Of a DNA stretch of 64,000 bases, positions 54,363 through 64,000 are shown piece after piece (position 1 is the stretch's first letter; each line of letters opens with the position of its first letter). This DNA comes from Frankiales bacterium (lineage in GTDB: Bacteria > Actinomycetota > Actinomycetes > JAFAQI01). The position numbers and the translations under genes were made by a program. Where the stretch lies: positions 8,034 through 72,033 of the forward strand of contig JAICXQ010000005.1 in NCBI GenBank assembly GCA_025980325.1. Direction: 5' to 3'. Below the pieces are notes generated by a model. That model saw only the letters and a program-made list of their open reading frames with translations. It did no database searches and was not told the origin of the DNA.

Positions 54363-56675
54363 TCAGCTGGCAATACGAGCGCTGCGCTGCACGAGCGCGA
54401 GGGCGCGCTCCTCCAGCAACGCCGGTTCGACCGGTTTGGTGAGGTAGTCGTCGGCACCGGCGTTGCGCGCCTCGGTCTCGAGATCCGGGTTGGTCGAGCC
54501 GGTCATCATCAGCACCGGCAACGCGGCCGTGTGTGCCTCGCTGCGCAACAGCCGGATCAACTCGACGCCGTTGAGGTCGGGCAGCGTCTGGTCGACGATG
54601 ATGCCGTCGTACGTGCTGCCGGTGGCGAGCTCGAGCGCCTCGCTCGCGGTCTCGACCGTGACGACTTCCAGCGTCCCGGACAGCGACGTGCTGATGTACG
54701 CGCGCACCGATTCGTCGTCCTCGACCACGAGCAGCCGGGGCAGCGCGTGGTCAGCGCCGCCGCCGGGAGCGGCGGCGACCGGCGCACCGCGGGCCGGCGT
54801 ACGGCACCACGGGCACATCCGCCACGCCGCTTCGAGCGGGCGGTCGCACTCCTCGCAGTGACCGCGGTCGATCGCGGTCGTGCACCACGGGCAGACGACC
54901 ATGTCGCTGCCGAGCGCGCCGCCGCAGGCGACGCACCGGTGCGGGTTGCTGCCGCTGTCGACCTGCGTCACCCGCAGCACTTCTTCGTACGTCGTGATCC
55001 CCGCGTGCGCCTTCGCGACCGCGGACGATCGCAATGTCTGCATGCCGGCCGCACGAGCGGCCGCAGCGACGGCGCCTTCGTTCGGCGTCGACATCAGCAC
55101 CGCGCGCATCGCGGCGGTGACCGGCAGGACCTCGAACACACCGAGGCGGCCGCGGTAACCGGTGCCGCCGCAGTCGGCGCAACCGGTGCCGCGCTGCGGC
55201 GACGCGGCGTCGAGATCGCCCGCCTCGATGCCCAACAGCTTCAGCACTCGCGGCGGCGGGACGTACGGCGCGGCGCAGAACTCGCAGACGCGACGGACGA
55301 GACGTTGGGCGATAACCAAAGAGAGTGACGACGCGACGAGGAACGGCTCGACGCCCATGTCGATGAGCCGGGTGATCGCCGCGGGCGCGGAGTTCGTGTG
55401 CAACGTCGTCAGGACCAGGTGACCGGTGAGCGACGCCTCTAGTGCGAGGTCGGCCGTCTCCTTGTCCCGTACCTCGCCGACGAGAACGACGTCGGGGTCC
55501 TGCCGCAGCACCGAGCGCAGACCGCGGGCGAACGTCAAGCCGGCGCGTTCGTGGATCTGCACCTGCGTGATGCCCTGCACCTGCATCTCGACCGGGTCTT
55601 CGAGCGTCACGATGTTGCGGTCCGGAGTCTTGATCTGGTGAATGGCGGAGTACAGCGTCGACGTCTTGCCGGAGCCGGTCGGCCCGGTGATGAGGATCAG
55701 TCCTTGCGGCGCGACAAGCGTGCCGAGCAACGACTCGAGCTGCACCTCGTCCATCCCGACCTTGGTGATCGGCGGCACGTTGTCGGCGCGCGAGAGCAGC
55801 CGGATGACGACCTTCTCGCCGTGGATGTTCGGCAGCGTGCTCACCCGCGCGTCGAGCAGTGCACCGTCGACCTGCATGCGCGTCCGGCCGTCCTGCGGCA
55901 CCCGGCGTTCGGCGATGTCGAGGTTGCTCATCACCTTGATCCGGCTCACCAGGCCGGCGGCGGCTTGGCGCGGCACCGTCATGACGTCGCGAAGCAGGCC
56001 GTCGACGCGATAGCGGATGCGGACGGCGTTCGCCTGCGGCTCGACGTGGATGTCGCTGGCTCGCGCGCGGACGGCGTCGGCGAGGATCGTGTTGACCAGC
56101 CGCACCGTCGGCGCGTCGGCGAAACCCGAGTCCGAGTCGGCGTCCTCGTCGAAGGATTCCTCGAGGTCTTCGAGGATCATCGCGACGTCGGCCGAGTCTT
56201 CCGACAGCGACCAGGTACGGGCGAGCAGGTCGCGCAATTGGCTCTCGGCCGCGACCACGATCTTGATGTCCGCGACGCCGGCGTACACCTTCACGTCGTC
56301 GATCGCGACCACGTTCGTCGGGTCCGCGCAGGCGATCGTGACCTGGCCGCTGTCGGCCCGGCGGATCGGCATGACCATGTGGCGTTCGGCGAGGCTGCGG
56401 GGGAGCAGCCGGCTCACCTCGGCGTCGATGGTGATGTTGGACAGGTCGACGACTTCGAGGGACAGCGCGGACGCGAGCGCGCTCGCGACCTGGCGCTCGG
56501 TCGCGTAGCCGAGCTCGACCACGAGCGTGCCGAGCCGGACCCGGCGCCGCTCGCGCTGGGCCGTGCGCTGCGCCTCGAGCACCTCCTCGAGTTGCGCGGC
56601 AGTGATCGCGCCGTGCTCGACCAGCACCTCGCCGAGACGTCGCCGGGTGGTCTGCGGCGTGCCGAATCCGCTCAC
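54363..56675 (-). CDS. PilB/GspE-family ATPase with MshEN, double zinc ribbon and receiver domains
   Basis: RLGEVLVEHG...QR..RLG; ASDIHVEP; GPTGSGKT; LVGEVRD; LHTNSA; CxxC pairs; REC VEDD...D.TLP...KP; start uncertain. Confidence 0.92.
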   Translation of the reverse strand: MSGFGTPQTTRRRLGEVLVEHGAITAAQLEEVLEAQRTAQRERRRVRLGTLVVELGYATERQVASALASALSLEVVDLSNITIDAEVSRLLPRSLAERHMVMPIRRADSGQVTIACADPTNVVAIDDVKVYAGVADIKIVVAAESQLRDLLARTWSLSEDSADVAMILEDLEESFDEDADSDSGFADAPTVRLVNTILADAVRARASDIHVEPQANAVRIRYRVDGLLRDVMTVPRQAAAGLVSRIKVMSNLDIAERRVPQDGRTRMQVDGALLDARVSTLPNIHGEKVVIRLLSRADNVPPITKVGMDEVQLESLLGTLVAPQGLILITGPTGSGKTSTLYSAIHQIKTPDRNIVTLEDPVEMQVQGITQVQIHERAGLTFARGLRSVLRQDPDVVLVGEVRDKETADLALEASLTGHLVLTTLHTNSAPAAITRLIDMGVEPFLVASSLSLVIAQRLVRRVCEFCAAPYVPPPRVLKLLGIEAGDLDAASPQRGTGCADCGGTGYRGRLGVFEVLPVTAAMRAVLMSTPNEGAVAAAARAAGMQTLRSSAVAKAHAGITTYEEVLRVTQVDSGSNPHRCVACGGALGSDMVVCPWCTTAIDRGHCEECDRPLEAAWRMCPWCRTPARGAPVAAAPGGGADHALPRLLVVEDDESVRAYISTSLSGTLEVVTVETASEALELATGSTYDGIIVDQTLPDLNGVELIRLLRSEAHTAALPVLMMTGSTNPDLETEARNAGADDYLTKPVEPALLEERALALVQRSARIAS

Positions 56676-56727
56676 GTCTTTGTACTCGGCAGATATGACC
56701 CAGATCTGATAGTCAATCCGGGCTGGT

Positions 56728-57261
56728 TCACCCCGTTCCGGCGGGCTCCTCGTCGGCCGCAGCGGCGGCCGCCGCGCGCGGGCCGATTTCCTCGAGCAGC
56801 CGCTGGAGCTCACCGCGGATGTAGTCACGGGTGGCGACCTCGCCGAGCGCAACCCGGATTGCGGCGACCTCGCGGGCGAGGTATTCGGTGTCGGCGACCG
56901 CCCGCTCGGACAGCGCCCGATCCTGCTCGTACTGCACCCGGTCGCGGTCGGCCTGGCGGTTCTGCGCGAGCAGGATCAACGGCGCGGCGTACGACGCCTG
57001 CAACGAGAGCAGCAGGGTGAGCAGGGTGAAATTGAGCCGTTTCGGGTCGAACTGCAATCCGCTCGGCGCGAAGACGTTCCACAGCAGCCACGCGGCGATG
57101 AACAGCGTCATGTAGCCGATGAACCGCCAGGTGCCGAGGAATCGCGCGACCCGTTCGGACAGGCGGCCGAACGTCTCCGGGTCGTAGCGCGGCAGGCTGA
57201 CGCCGGGACGGACGTCGCGCGGCTGGTCCAGCCGGGCGCGACGGCCGGCGTCACGCGCCAT
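56728..57261 (-). CDS. DUF1003 membrane protein
   Basis: FDP...FTLLTLLLSLQASYAAPLILLAQNRQADRD. Confidence 0.9.
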   Translation of the reverse strand: MARDAGRRARLDQPRDVRPGVSLPRYDPETFGRLSERVARFLGTWRFIGYMTLFIAAWLLWNVFAPSGLQFDPKRLNFTLLTLLLSLQASYAAPLILLAQNRQADRDRVQYEQDRALSERAVADTEYLAREVAAIRVALGEVATRDYIRGELQRLLEEIGPRAAAAAAADEEPAGTG

Positions 57262-58546
57262 CGTCGGCCTCTTCGTGGATCACCGTCGCGTGAGTTTGGG
57301 CTTCGCCGGACGGGCGCTCGCGCCAGTTCGCCGGCAACAGATGGTCGAGGACGTCGTCGACGGTCACCGCGCCGAGCAGGTGGTCCGCGTCGTCGACGAT
57401 CGGCACGGCGACGAGGTTGTACGTCGCGAGGTACGACGTGAGCTCGTGCAGCAGCACGTCCGGTCCGAGCGGCGCGATGTCGGAGTCGACCACGCCGGAG
57501 ACGAGGGTGCTCGGTGGCTCGCGCAGCAGCCGCTGGATGTGCGCGAGGCCGAGGTACTTGCCGGTCGGGGTCTCGGTCGGTGGCCGGCAGACGAACACCT
57601 GCGCCGCGAGCGCCGGCGTGATCTCCGGATCGCGGACCCGCGCGAGCGCTTCGGCGACGGTCGCGTCCGGCGGAAGGATCACCGGCTCGCTCGTCATCAT
57701 GCCGCCGGCGGTGCCTTCCGCGTAGACGAGCAGCCGCCGTACGGGACCCGCTTCGTCCGGCTCCATCAGCGCGAGCAGCCGCTCCTGCTCGTCGACCGGC
57801 AGCTCGGCGAGCAGGTCGGCGGCGTCGTCCGGCGCCATCGCCTCGAGCACGTCCGCGGCGCGCTCTCCCTCCAGGTGCGCCAGGATCTGCACCTGGTCGT
57901 CTTCCGGCAGCTCTTCGAGCACGTCGGCCAGCCGCTCGTCGTCGAGCGCCGCGGCGACCTCGTCGCGCCGCTTCTCGGACAGCTCGTGCATGACGTGCGC
58001 GAGGTCCGCCGGCTTGAGCTGGTCGAACGCCGCGAGCAGGTTGGCCGCGCCCTGCGCCTCCTCTTCGTGCGCGAACCCGGTGACGGCGTCCCAGTCGACG
58101 GTGTGCAGCTGCCCGCGCCGGCGGAAGCCGCCGCCGGCGGCACGGACGGCGACGCGGGTCACGAACCAGTCGCGGGTGCGGCTCTGCTCCATCGCGACGT
58201 CGCTGACGACGACCTCGGCGCCGTCCTCGACCAGCCGGACCCGGCGGTCGAGCAGCTCGGTGATGACGAGGGTTTCGCCGGCTCGCCGCTCGAACCGGCG
58301 CAGGTTGATCCGGCCGCGGACGAACACCGCTTCGGCGTCGATGGCGGTGACCTGCCCGATCGGCACGAACACCCGGCGCCGGGGCTGCACCTCGACCGCG
58401 ATGCCGAGCACGCGCGGTGCCTGCGCGCCGGCGCGGAACATGACGACGACGTCGCGGACCCGGCCGACCTGCTCGCCGTTCGGATCGAGCACGGTCATGC
58501 CGGCGAGCCGCGCGAGGAAGACCCGTGTGGTCGTGCCCGTCGCCAT
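57251..58546 (-). CDS. MgtE N-terminal/CBS domain protein (no TM domain)
   Basis: PRC-barrel-like N-terminus; PADLA, M.PDDAADLL, TAGGMMT, CBS pair. Confidence 0.9.
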   Translation of the reverse strand: MATGTTTRVFLARLAGMTVLDPNGEQVGRVRDVVVMFRAGAQAPRVLGIAVEVQPRRRVFVPIGQVTAIDAEAVFVRGRINLRRFERRAGETLVITELLDRRVRLVEDGAEVVVSDVAMEQSRTRDWFVTRVAVRAAGGGFRRRGQLHTVDWDAVTGFAHEEEAQGAANLLAAFDQLKPADLAHVMHELSEKRRDEVAAALDDERLADVLEELPEDDQVQILAHLEGERAADVLEAMAPDDAADLLAELPVDEQERLLALMEPDEAGPVRRLLVYAEGTAGGMMTSEPVILPPDATVAEALARVRDPEITPALAAQVFVCRPPTETPTGKYLGLAHIQRLLREPPSTLVSGVVDSDIAPLGPDVLLHELTSYLATYNLVAVPIVDDADHLLGAVTVDDVLDHLLPANWRERPSGEAQTHATVIHEEADDGA

Positions 58547-58615
58547 GCCCGGAGGTTACCGCCGCAGGCCGGGCAAATCGGGGACCCGCGCGGGCGCACT
58601 CTATGGTCCGGATCC

Positions 58616-59377
58616 ATGAGCGTCCTCGAATTGTTCGACCTCTCCGGCAAGGTCGCCGTCGTCACCGGCGCCTCCTCCGGGCTCGGCGTCGCGTTCGCGC
58701 AGGCCCTCGCCGAGGCCGGTGCCGACGTGGCCCTCGGAGCCCGCCGCCTCGACCGGCTGCACGAGACGAAACGGCTGGTCGAGGACGCCGGCCGCCGGGC
58801 TCTCGCGGTCGCGACCGACGTCGCCGATCCGCAGTCGTGCCAGGAACTGGTCGACGCGGCGATGCTGGAGTTCGGCCGGGTCGACATCCTCGTCAACAAC
58901 GCCGGCGTCGGCACCGCGGTACCGGCGACGCGCGAGACGCCCGAGCAGTTCCGCACCGTCCTCGACGTCAACCTGCACGGCGCGTACTGGATGGCGCAGG
59001 CGTGCGGCCGGGTGATGGCGCCGGGCTCGTCCATCGTCAACAGTTCTTCCGTGCTCGGCCTCACGACCGCGGGCCTGCCGCAGGCCGCGTACGCCGCGTC
59101 GAAGGCCGGCCTCATCGGCCTGACCCGTGATCTCGCCCAGCAGTGGACCGGCCGCAAGGGCATCCGCGTCAATGCGCTCGCGCCGGGATTCTTCGCCTCG
59201 GAGATGACCGAGCAGTACCCGCCCGACTACCTCGAGCTCATGATGGTGCGGGTGCTCGCCGGCCGGATGGGCGAGCCGCGCGAGCTCGCCGCGACGCTGG
59301 TGTGGCTCGCCTCCGACGCGGCCGGGTACGTGACCGGCCAGACGATCGCGGTCGACGGCGGGGTGACGGTTACTTAG
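58616..59377 (+). CDS. short-chain dehydrogenase/reductase
   Basis: VTGASSGLG, NNAG, YAASKAG, VNALAPG. Confidence 0.95.
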   Translation: MSVLELFDLSGKVAVVTGASSGLGVAFAQALAEAGADVALGARRLDRLHETKRLVEDAGRRALAVATDVADPQSCQELVDAAMLEFGRVDILVNNAGVGTAVPATRETPEQFRTVLDVNLHGAYWMAQACGRVMAPGSSIVNSSSVLGLTTAGLPQAAYAASKAGLIGLTRDLAQQWTGRKGIRVNALAPGFFASEMTEQYPPDYLELMMVRVLAGRMGEPRELAATLVWLASDAAGYVTGQTIAVDGGVTVT

Positions 59378-59894
59378 CCCGCTTGACTCCGCGTTGCGCG
59401 GGCCGGCCGCGCAGGTGCAGCGGCCGCGGCACCCGGGTGCGGGCCGGTGACGGCGGTGGCGGGACCGCGTGCGCATGCGTCGTCGGATTGTCCGGCGTCT
59501 CGGTGACGTCGCCGGTCGGGGTGAGCCGGTAGAGCACGCACTCGCGCGCCCAGCGCTGCGCCGCGGCTTCGCCGTCGGGCAGGTTCAGCCGCTTGCCGAG
59601 CAGGTTCGGTACGACGGCCGTCCACTGCTCGCTGGCGGGTACGACGACCTCGACGTCGGCGACCCAGGTCACCAGCCGGGATCCCTTGTCCTTGCTGCGA
59701 ACGGTGACGTACGCGCGGTCGGCGAGCGCGGGCAGCTTCTGCTCGATCCCGCCGGTGAGCACGTACGCCGAACCGTCGTGCCAGAGGTGCCACACCGGCT
59801 GCGCATGCCGGCCTTCGCCGGCCGGGCGGACCCAGACGAGACCGGACTTCTTGGTCGCCTCCTCGACCAGCGCGGCGATCGCGTCGGCGTCCAT
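59370..59894 (-). CDS. conserved actinobacterial protein (split-barrel/PNPOx-like)
   Basis: EEATKKSGLVWV...VWHLWHDG...RSKDKGSRLVTW. Confidence 0.7.
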   Translation of the reverse strand: MDADAIAALVEEATKKSGLVWVRPAGEGRHAQPVWHLWHDGSAYVLTGGIEQKLPALADRAYVTVRSKDKGSRLVTWVADVEVVVPASEQWTAVVPNLLGKRLNLPDGEAAAQRWARECVLYRLTPTGDVTETPDNPTTHAHAVPPPPSPARTRVPRPLHLRGRPAQRGVKRAK

Positions 59895-59910
59895 ACGGGA
59901 GACTCTAGAG

Positions 59911-60846
59911 ATGGCGGGCGGCTCCGAGGCGACGACCGCTCCCGCCGTCCTCGACCTGCCGCCGGCGAGCGACCTCGCGGTCATCGCGATCGGCCTCGCG
60001 GCGGTGTCGACGTCGGGTCCGCTGATCGCCGCGACCGCGGCGCCCGCGCTCGCGATCGCGTTCTGGCGCAACGGATTCGCGAGCGTCGTCCTCGCCCCGC
60101 TCGTGCTGATCCGGCATCGCGCCGAGGTCGCGTCGTTGAGCCGGCGCGAGTGGCGGCTCGCCCTCGTCGCCGGAGTATTGCTGGCCGCGCACTTCGCGAC
60201 CTGGGTCATCAGCCTGCGGTTGACGACGGTCGCCAGCGCGACCGCACTCGTCGCGACCCAACCGATCTGGGTCGCGTTGCTCGCCCGCCGCAGCGGTGCG
60301 CTGATACCGCCGCGCGCATGGATCGGGATCGTCGTCGCCGTCGTCGGCGCCGGCGTGCTGACCGGTGCTGACCTGTCGACGTCGTGGCGCGCACTTGGTG
60401 GCGACGTGCTCGCGGTTGCCGGTGGTGCGGGCGCTGCGGGCTACATCGTGGCCGGCAGTGAAGTACGCCGGCACGTCACGACGACGACGTACACCGCGGT
60501 CTGTTACGCGACGACATCGGTGGTGCTGCTACTGGCTTGTGTCGCCGCGCAGCAATCGCTGACCGGCTACACGGGCGGCGCGTGGTTGCGCCTCGTCGGG
60601 TTGACGATCGGCGCGCAGTTCCTCGGCCACTCGCTGTTCAACCGGGTGCTGCGAACGACGAGCCCGACCGTGGTGTCGCTCGCGATCCTGTTCGAAGTAC
60701 CCGGCGCATCGTTGCTGGCGGCCGCGTTTCTCGGCCAGCGACCGTCGTGGCTCGCGGTGCCAGGAGTGGTGATCCTGATGGCCGGCATCGGCGTCGTCAT
60801 CACCGCGCGCGGCCGAGCCACGGAGCCGTCGTTGCCGGTCGAGTGA
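59911..60846 (+). CDS. DMT/EamA family transporter
   Basis: AFWRN, HFATW..SL..TTVASAT.LV, GHSLFN; about 10 TM. Confidence 0.9.
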   Translation: MAGGSEATTAPAVLDLPPASDLAVIAIGLAAVSTSGPLIAATAAPALAIAFWRNGFASVVLAPLVLIRHRAEVASLSRREWRLALVAGVLLAAHFATWVISLRLTTVASATALVATQPIWVALLARRSGALIPPRAWIGIVVAVVGAGVLTGADLSTSWRALGGDVLAVAGGAGAAGYIVAGSEVRRHVTTTTYTAVCYATTSVVLLLACVAAQQSLTGYTGGAWLRLVGLTIGAQFLGHSLFNRVLRTTSPTVVSLAILFEVPGASLLAAAFLGQRPSWLAVPGVVILMAGIGVVITARGRATEPSLPVE

Positions 60847-61787
60847 GTAGCGTCCACGTCGTGCCGCGTGCTCGCCGTACGGTCCTGTCGGTGCCGGGAT
60901 CGAACCCGCGAATGGTCGAGAAGTCGCGGTCGCTCGACGCCGACGAGGTGTTCCTGGATCTCGAAGACGCGGTCGCACCGGCGGCGAAGGACGACGCGCG
61001 CGCGTTGGTCGCCGCCGCATTGCGCGAGGGCGGGTGGAAGGCGACGACCGTCGGCGTCCGGGTCAACGACTGGTCGACCCAGTGGACGTACCGCGACGTG
61101 GTCGACGTCGTGTGCGCGCAGCTGGATTGTGTCGTGCTGCCGAAGGTCGAGTCGCCCGATCACGTCGTCGCGCTCGATCTGTTGTTGAGCCAGCTCGAAC
61201 GCGCGCATGGTCTAGACGAAGGCAGCATCGGCATCGAGGCGCAGATCGAATCGGCGCGCGGCCTCGTCGCGGCGAACGCAATCGCGGCCGCGTCGAAACG
61301 GTTGCAATCATTGGTGTTCGGGCCGGCCGACTTCATGGCGAGTGTCAATATGCGTGGCCTCGCCGTCGGCGAGCAACCGCCCGGATACGACGTCGGCGAT
61401 GCGTTCCACCATGCGTTGATGACGATCCTCGTCGCCGCCCGTGCGCACGACCTGCAGGCGATCGACGGGCCGTACCTGCAGATCCGCGACGTCGACGGAT
61501 TCCGCCGGCAGGCGCGTCGCAGCGCCGCACTCGGTTACGACGGCAAGTGGGTGCTGCACCCGGATCAGATCGCGATCGGCAACGAGGTGTTCGCGCCCTC
61601 GCAGGAAGACTTCGACCACGCCGAAGAGATCCTCGCCGCGTACGGCGCTTCGACCTCGGACGCGGGCGGCCGGCGCGGCGCGGTGATGCTCGGCGCGGAG
61701 ATGATCGACGAAGCGTCGCGAAAGATGGCCGAGGTCGTCGTCGCGAAAGGCCGCGCCGCCGGCCTGCGCCGTACCGGCGCGAATTAG
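60843..61787 (+). CDS. HpcH/HpaI aldolase / citrate lyase beta family
   Basis: LSVPGS, FLDLEDAV, PKVE, QIESARG, FGPADF, IDGPY, GKWVLHP.Q. Confidence 0.92.
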   Translation: MSSVHVVPRARRTVLSVPGSNPRMVEKSRSLDADEVFLDLEDAVAPAAKDDARALVAAALREGGWKATTVGVRVNDWSTQWTYRDVVDVVCAQLDCVVLPKVESPDHVVALDLLLSQLERAHGLDEGSIGIEAQIESARGLVAANAIAAASKRLQSLVFGPADFMASVNMRGLAVGEQPPGYDVGDAFHHALMTILVAARAHDLQAIDGPYLQIRDVDGFRRQARRSAALGYDGKWVLHPDQIAIGNEVFAPSQEDFDHAEEILAAYGASTSDAGGRRGAVMLGAEMIDEASRKMAEVVVAKGRAAGLRRTGAN

Positions 61788-62185
61788 GTCACGCCCATCC
61801 GGCGCAACTCGTCGAGCAGGTTGTCGGTGAGCGGCAGCAACTGCGCGTCCTCGAGGCTGCACCACCGGACCTCGGTGGCGTCGTCACCCGCGCGCAACGC
61901 CCCGCCGACGACGGTCGCGGCGAAGTCGTGCACGACGTAGCTGCCGATCGGCACCGTCGCGAGCAACTCGCCGATCTCGACCGCGAGTCCGGTCTCCTCG
62001 GCGACTTCGCGAGCGGCCGCGGCGGCCGGCGTCTCGCCCGGCTCGACCCGCCCGCCGGGCAACGACCACCGGCCGGCGCCCGGTTCGCGGCCGCGCCGCA
62101 CCAGCAGCAACCGGCCGGCGCGGTCGCGGATGACCGCGCCGGCGCAGACCACCGGCGGTTTCTCCGCGTCGCCGAGCGGGGCCAT
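61784..62185 (-). CDS. NUDIX hydrolase
   Basis: GGRVEPGETPAAAAAREVAEETG. Confidence 0.95.
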   Translation of the reverse strand: MAPLGDAEKPPVVCAGAVIRDRAGRLLLVRRGREPGAGRWSLPGGRVEPGETPAAAAAREVAEETGLAVEIGELLATVPIGSYVVHDFAATVVGGALRAGDDATEVRWCSLEDAQLLPLTDNLLDELRRMGVT

Positions 62186-62217
62186 CTTTCGAAGGGTACG
62201 AGGGAGGCGAGGACGTC

Positions 62218-62442
62218 GTGTTGGTCCTGCTCATCGTGTTGGGCATCGTCGTCGTGCTCGCCCTGCTCATCGGCCTGGGCGGCTTCGGGGGTTACGGCGG
62301 CGGCGGGTACGGTGGTCCGGGTGGGCCGACGATCTACCGCCGGATCATCTACCGGCGCCCGGCCCGCCGGGTCGTCACCGAGCATCGTGTCATCGACGAT
62401 CCGGCGTACGACGACATCGACGGGCCCGTCTACCGGCGCTGA
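62218..62442 (+). CDS. small Gly-rich membrane protein
   Basis: N-terminal TM followed by GGYGGGGYGG and charged tail. Confidence 0.6.
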   Translation: MLVLLIVLGIVVVLALLIGLGGFGGYGGGGYGGPGGPTIYRRIIYRRPARRVVTEHRVIDDPAYDDIDGPVYRR

Positions 62443-62463
62443 CCCGAGTCGCCCGCTTGCGAC

Positions 62464-63141
62464 ATGACCCCTTCGGGTCTTGACGTAATCGCGCCCGGAA
62501 AGGACCGTGACGGTGTGCGACCAGAGCCGACCTGCCCGCGTTGCGCCGGCGACCTGCGCGCGCCGGGCCTGTGGAGCAGCGCCTGGCAGTGCGCGTCCCA
62601 TGGCGTCGTAGCGCCGTACTCCGTCGTCCCGCGCCCCGGCACCGAGGGGCTCGACCACGTGCTGGAGCGGGCGAAGGTGCCGGTCTGGTTGCCGCATCCG
62701 CTCTCGACCGGCTGGGTCGTGAGCGGCTTCGCCTACGCCGGCGACGACCGCGAAGGCGCGCGCGCCGTCGTCAGCTGCCTCACCGGCCCGAGCCCGCTCG
62801 GCGGTGGCAGCGAACTCGTCATCGTCTCCGAGGAGCCCGGCGTCGGCCTCGGCGCGCGGCACGCCGGCGTCACCGGCCCCGACCCCGGCGACGGATTCGG
62901 CCTCGGCCCGCCGGACGCCAAGGTCGAGGCCGCCGGCCACCCGACCGCGCTGTGGTCGTTGCCGACCGACGGCGACTGCGCCGTGTTCGTCGGCGAGGCG
63001 AAGGGCCACTGGTTGTGGGCCCTGGTCTGGCCGGCCAGCGCGGGCGTGCTGCTCTACGACTCGCTCGCGCTGCAGGACCTGCGCGACGGATACGTCGAAG
63101 CCGAGCTCGCAGTCGGCGCGGTGTCACCGCGGCTGGCCTGA
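62464..63141 (+). CDS. conserved actinobacterial protein (DUF6758-like)
   Basis: EPTCPRC...WQC..HG.V.P; VSEEPGVGLGA; GHPTALW. Confidence 0.75.
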   Translation: MTPSGLDVIAPGKDRDGVRPEPTCPRCAGDLRAPGLWSSAWQCASHGVVAPYSVVPRPGTEGLDHVLERAKVPVWLPHPLSTGWVVSGFAYAGDDREGARAVVSCLTGPSPLGGGSELVIVSEEPGVGLGARHAGVTGPDPGDGFGLGPPDAKVEAAGHPTALWSLPTDGDCAVFVGEAKGHWLWALVWPASAGVLLYDSLALQDLRDGYVEAELAVGAVSPRLA

Positions 63142-63166
63142 CCCCGCGGTAAGTACCCTCGGCGCG

Positions 63167-63826
63167 GTGGACCCGCCGGCGTTGTCGAATGCGGTCGCTG
63201 CCGTCACTGCCCACGGCGCGGTCTTCTCGACCAAGCTGTTCACCGAGGTCTTCGTCACCCTCGTCGTCATCATGGATCCGGTCGGCACGATCCCGTTGTT
63301 CCTCGCGCTGACCAGCGGCCGCAGTGTCCGCGCCCGGCGGCGGCTGGCGTGGCAGGCCGTCGTCGTCGCGATCGGCGTCATCGCGGCGTTCGCGTTGTTC
63401 GGCCAGCAGATCCTGCGCTACCTCAACATCAGCGTCGCGGCGTTGCAAGGCGCCGGCGGGCTGCTGCTCGTCCTCGTCGCGCTCGAGTTGCTGACCGGCA
63501 AGCAGGAACGGCCGCAGGACGTGCCCGAGGTCAACGTCGCACTCGTGCCGCTGGGCACGCCGCTGCTCGCCGGTCCGGGCGCGATCGTCGCGACGATCGT
63601 GTTCGTCCGCAACGCGCACGGTTTCGCCGACGCGTGGGCGATCATCGCCGGCATCGCGGCCGTGCATCTCGTGCTCTATCTCGCGCTGCGGTTTGCGAAC
63701 GTGATCCTGAGAGTCATCCGCGAAGGCGGCGTCATGCTCGTCACCCGGATCTCCGGGCTGCTGCTGTCGGCGATCGCTATCCAGCTCGTCGCGACCTCAG
63801 CGCTCGCGTTCGCACGATCCGCTTAG
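63167..63826 (+). CDS. MarC family membrane protein
   Basis: VIMDPVG.IPLF, VPLGTPLLAGPGAI, RISGLLL.AIA.Q. Confidence 0.92.
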   Translation: MDPPALSNAVAAVTAHGAVFSTKLFTEVFVTLVVIMDPVGTIPLFLALTSGRSVRARRRLAWQAVVVAIGVIAAFALFGQQILRYLNISVAALQGAGGLLLVLVALELLTGKQERPQDVPEVNVALVPLGTPLLAGPGAIVATIVFVRNAHGFADAWAIIAGIAAVHLVLYLALRFANVILRVIREGGVMLVTRISGLLLSAIAIQLVATSALAFARSA

Positions 63827-63896
63827 TCGGCCGCGTCGTCCACAGTTTCCGCGCGCCTGCCCGCAATCGTCGGTGGGCGGGACGAGAATCGCACTC

Positions 63897-64000
63897 GTGA
63901 CTGCGACGCAGCTGGACCTCGCCGGGATGCCGGCCCGGTTGTTCAGCGCCACGCCCTCGCGCCTGTCGACGTGGCTGGACTGCCCGCGGCGCTACAAGTT
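63897..64000 (+). CDS. PD-(D/E)XK / RecB-like nuclease, 5' end (runs off window)
   Basis: LFSATPSRLSTWLDCPRRYK. Confidence 0.75.
   Translation, partial: MTATQLDLAGMPARLFSATPSRLSTWLDCPRRYK

Overview
High-GC actinobacterial chromosome window with a strong cell-surface/attachment theme. Core loci: a Tad (Flp) pilus operon, prfB, ftsEX-S41 peptidase-smpB-ssrA, glgA/glgC, O-methyltransferase-htrA-tatB-mrp, and a DUF1003/MgtE-like/SDR/DMT/CitE-like/NUDIX/MarC block. The standout is a 9,970-bp serine-recombinase element inserted in the Walker A motif of tadA/cpaF (GGTQAGK|TTLLNCL). In-silico excision at a shared GGCAAG core restores a 416-aa ATPase, rebuilds a symmetric attP, and assembles a TTGACC-N18-TAATCT promoter 7 nt before the recombinase ATG, which suggests a DNA-excision switch for Tad piliation. 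The element carries an excisionase-like gene, an XRE regulator, a membrane-anchored ECF sigma factor, secreted proteins and 12-bp repeat arrays. An accessory region between ssrA and glgA (about 24.4-48.4 kb) holds a second membrane-anchored ECF/small Cys-peptide/LuxR module, a PAS-EAL protein, a 7-gene S53-protease/degenerate PrsW-like operon and a SipW-type peptidase with four TasA-like substrates. Other oddities are an orphan MshEN-PilB-zinc ribbon-receiver ATPase and a probable ATC start codon. All family assignments come from motif recognition by eye; no database searches were run.
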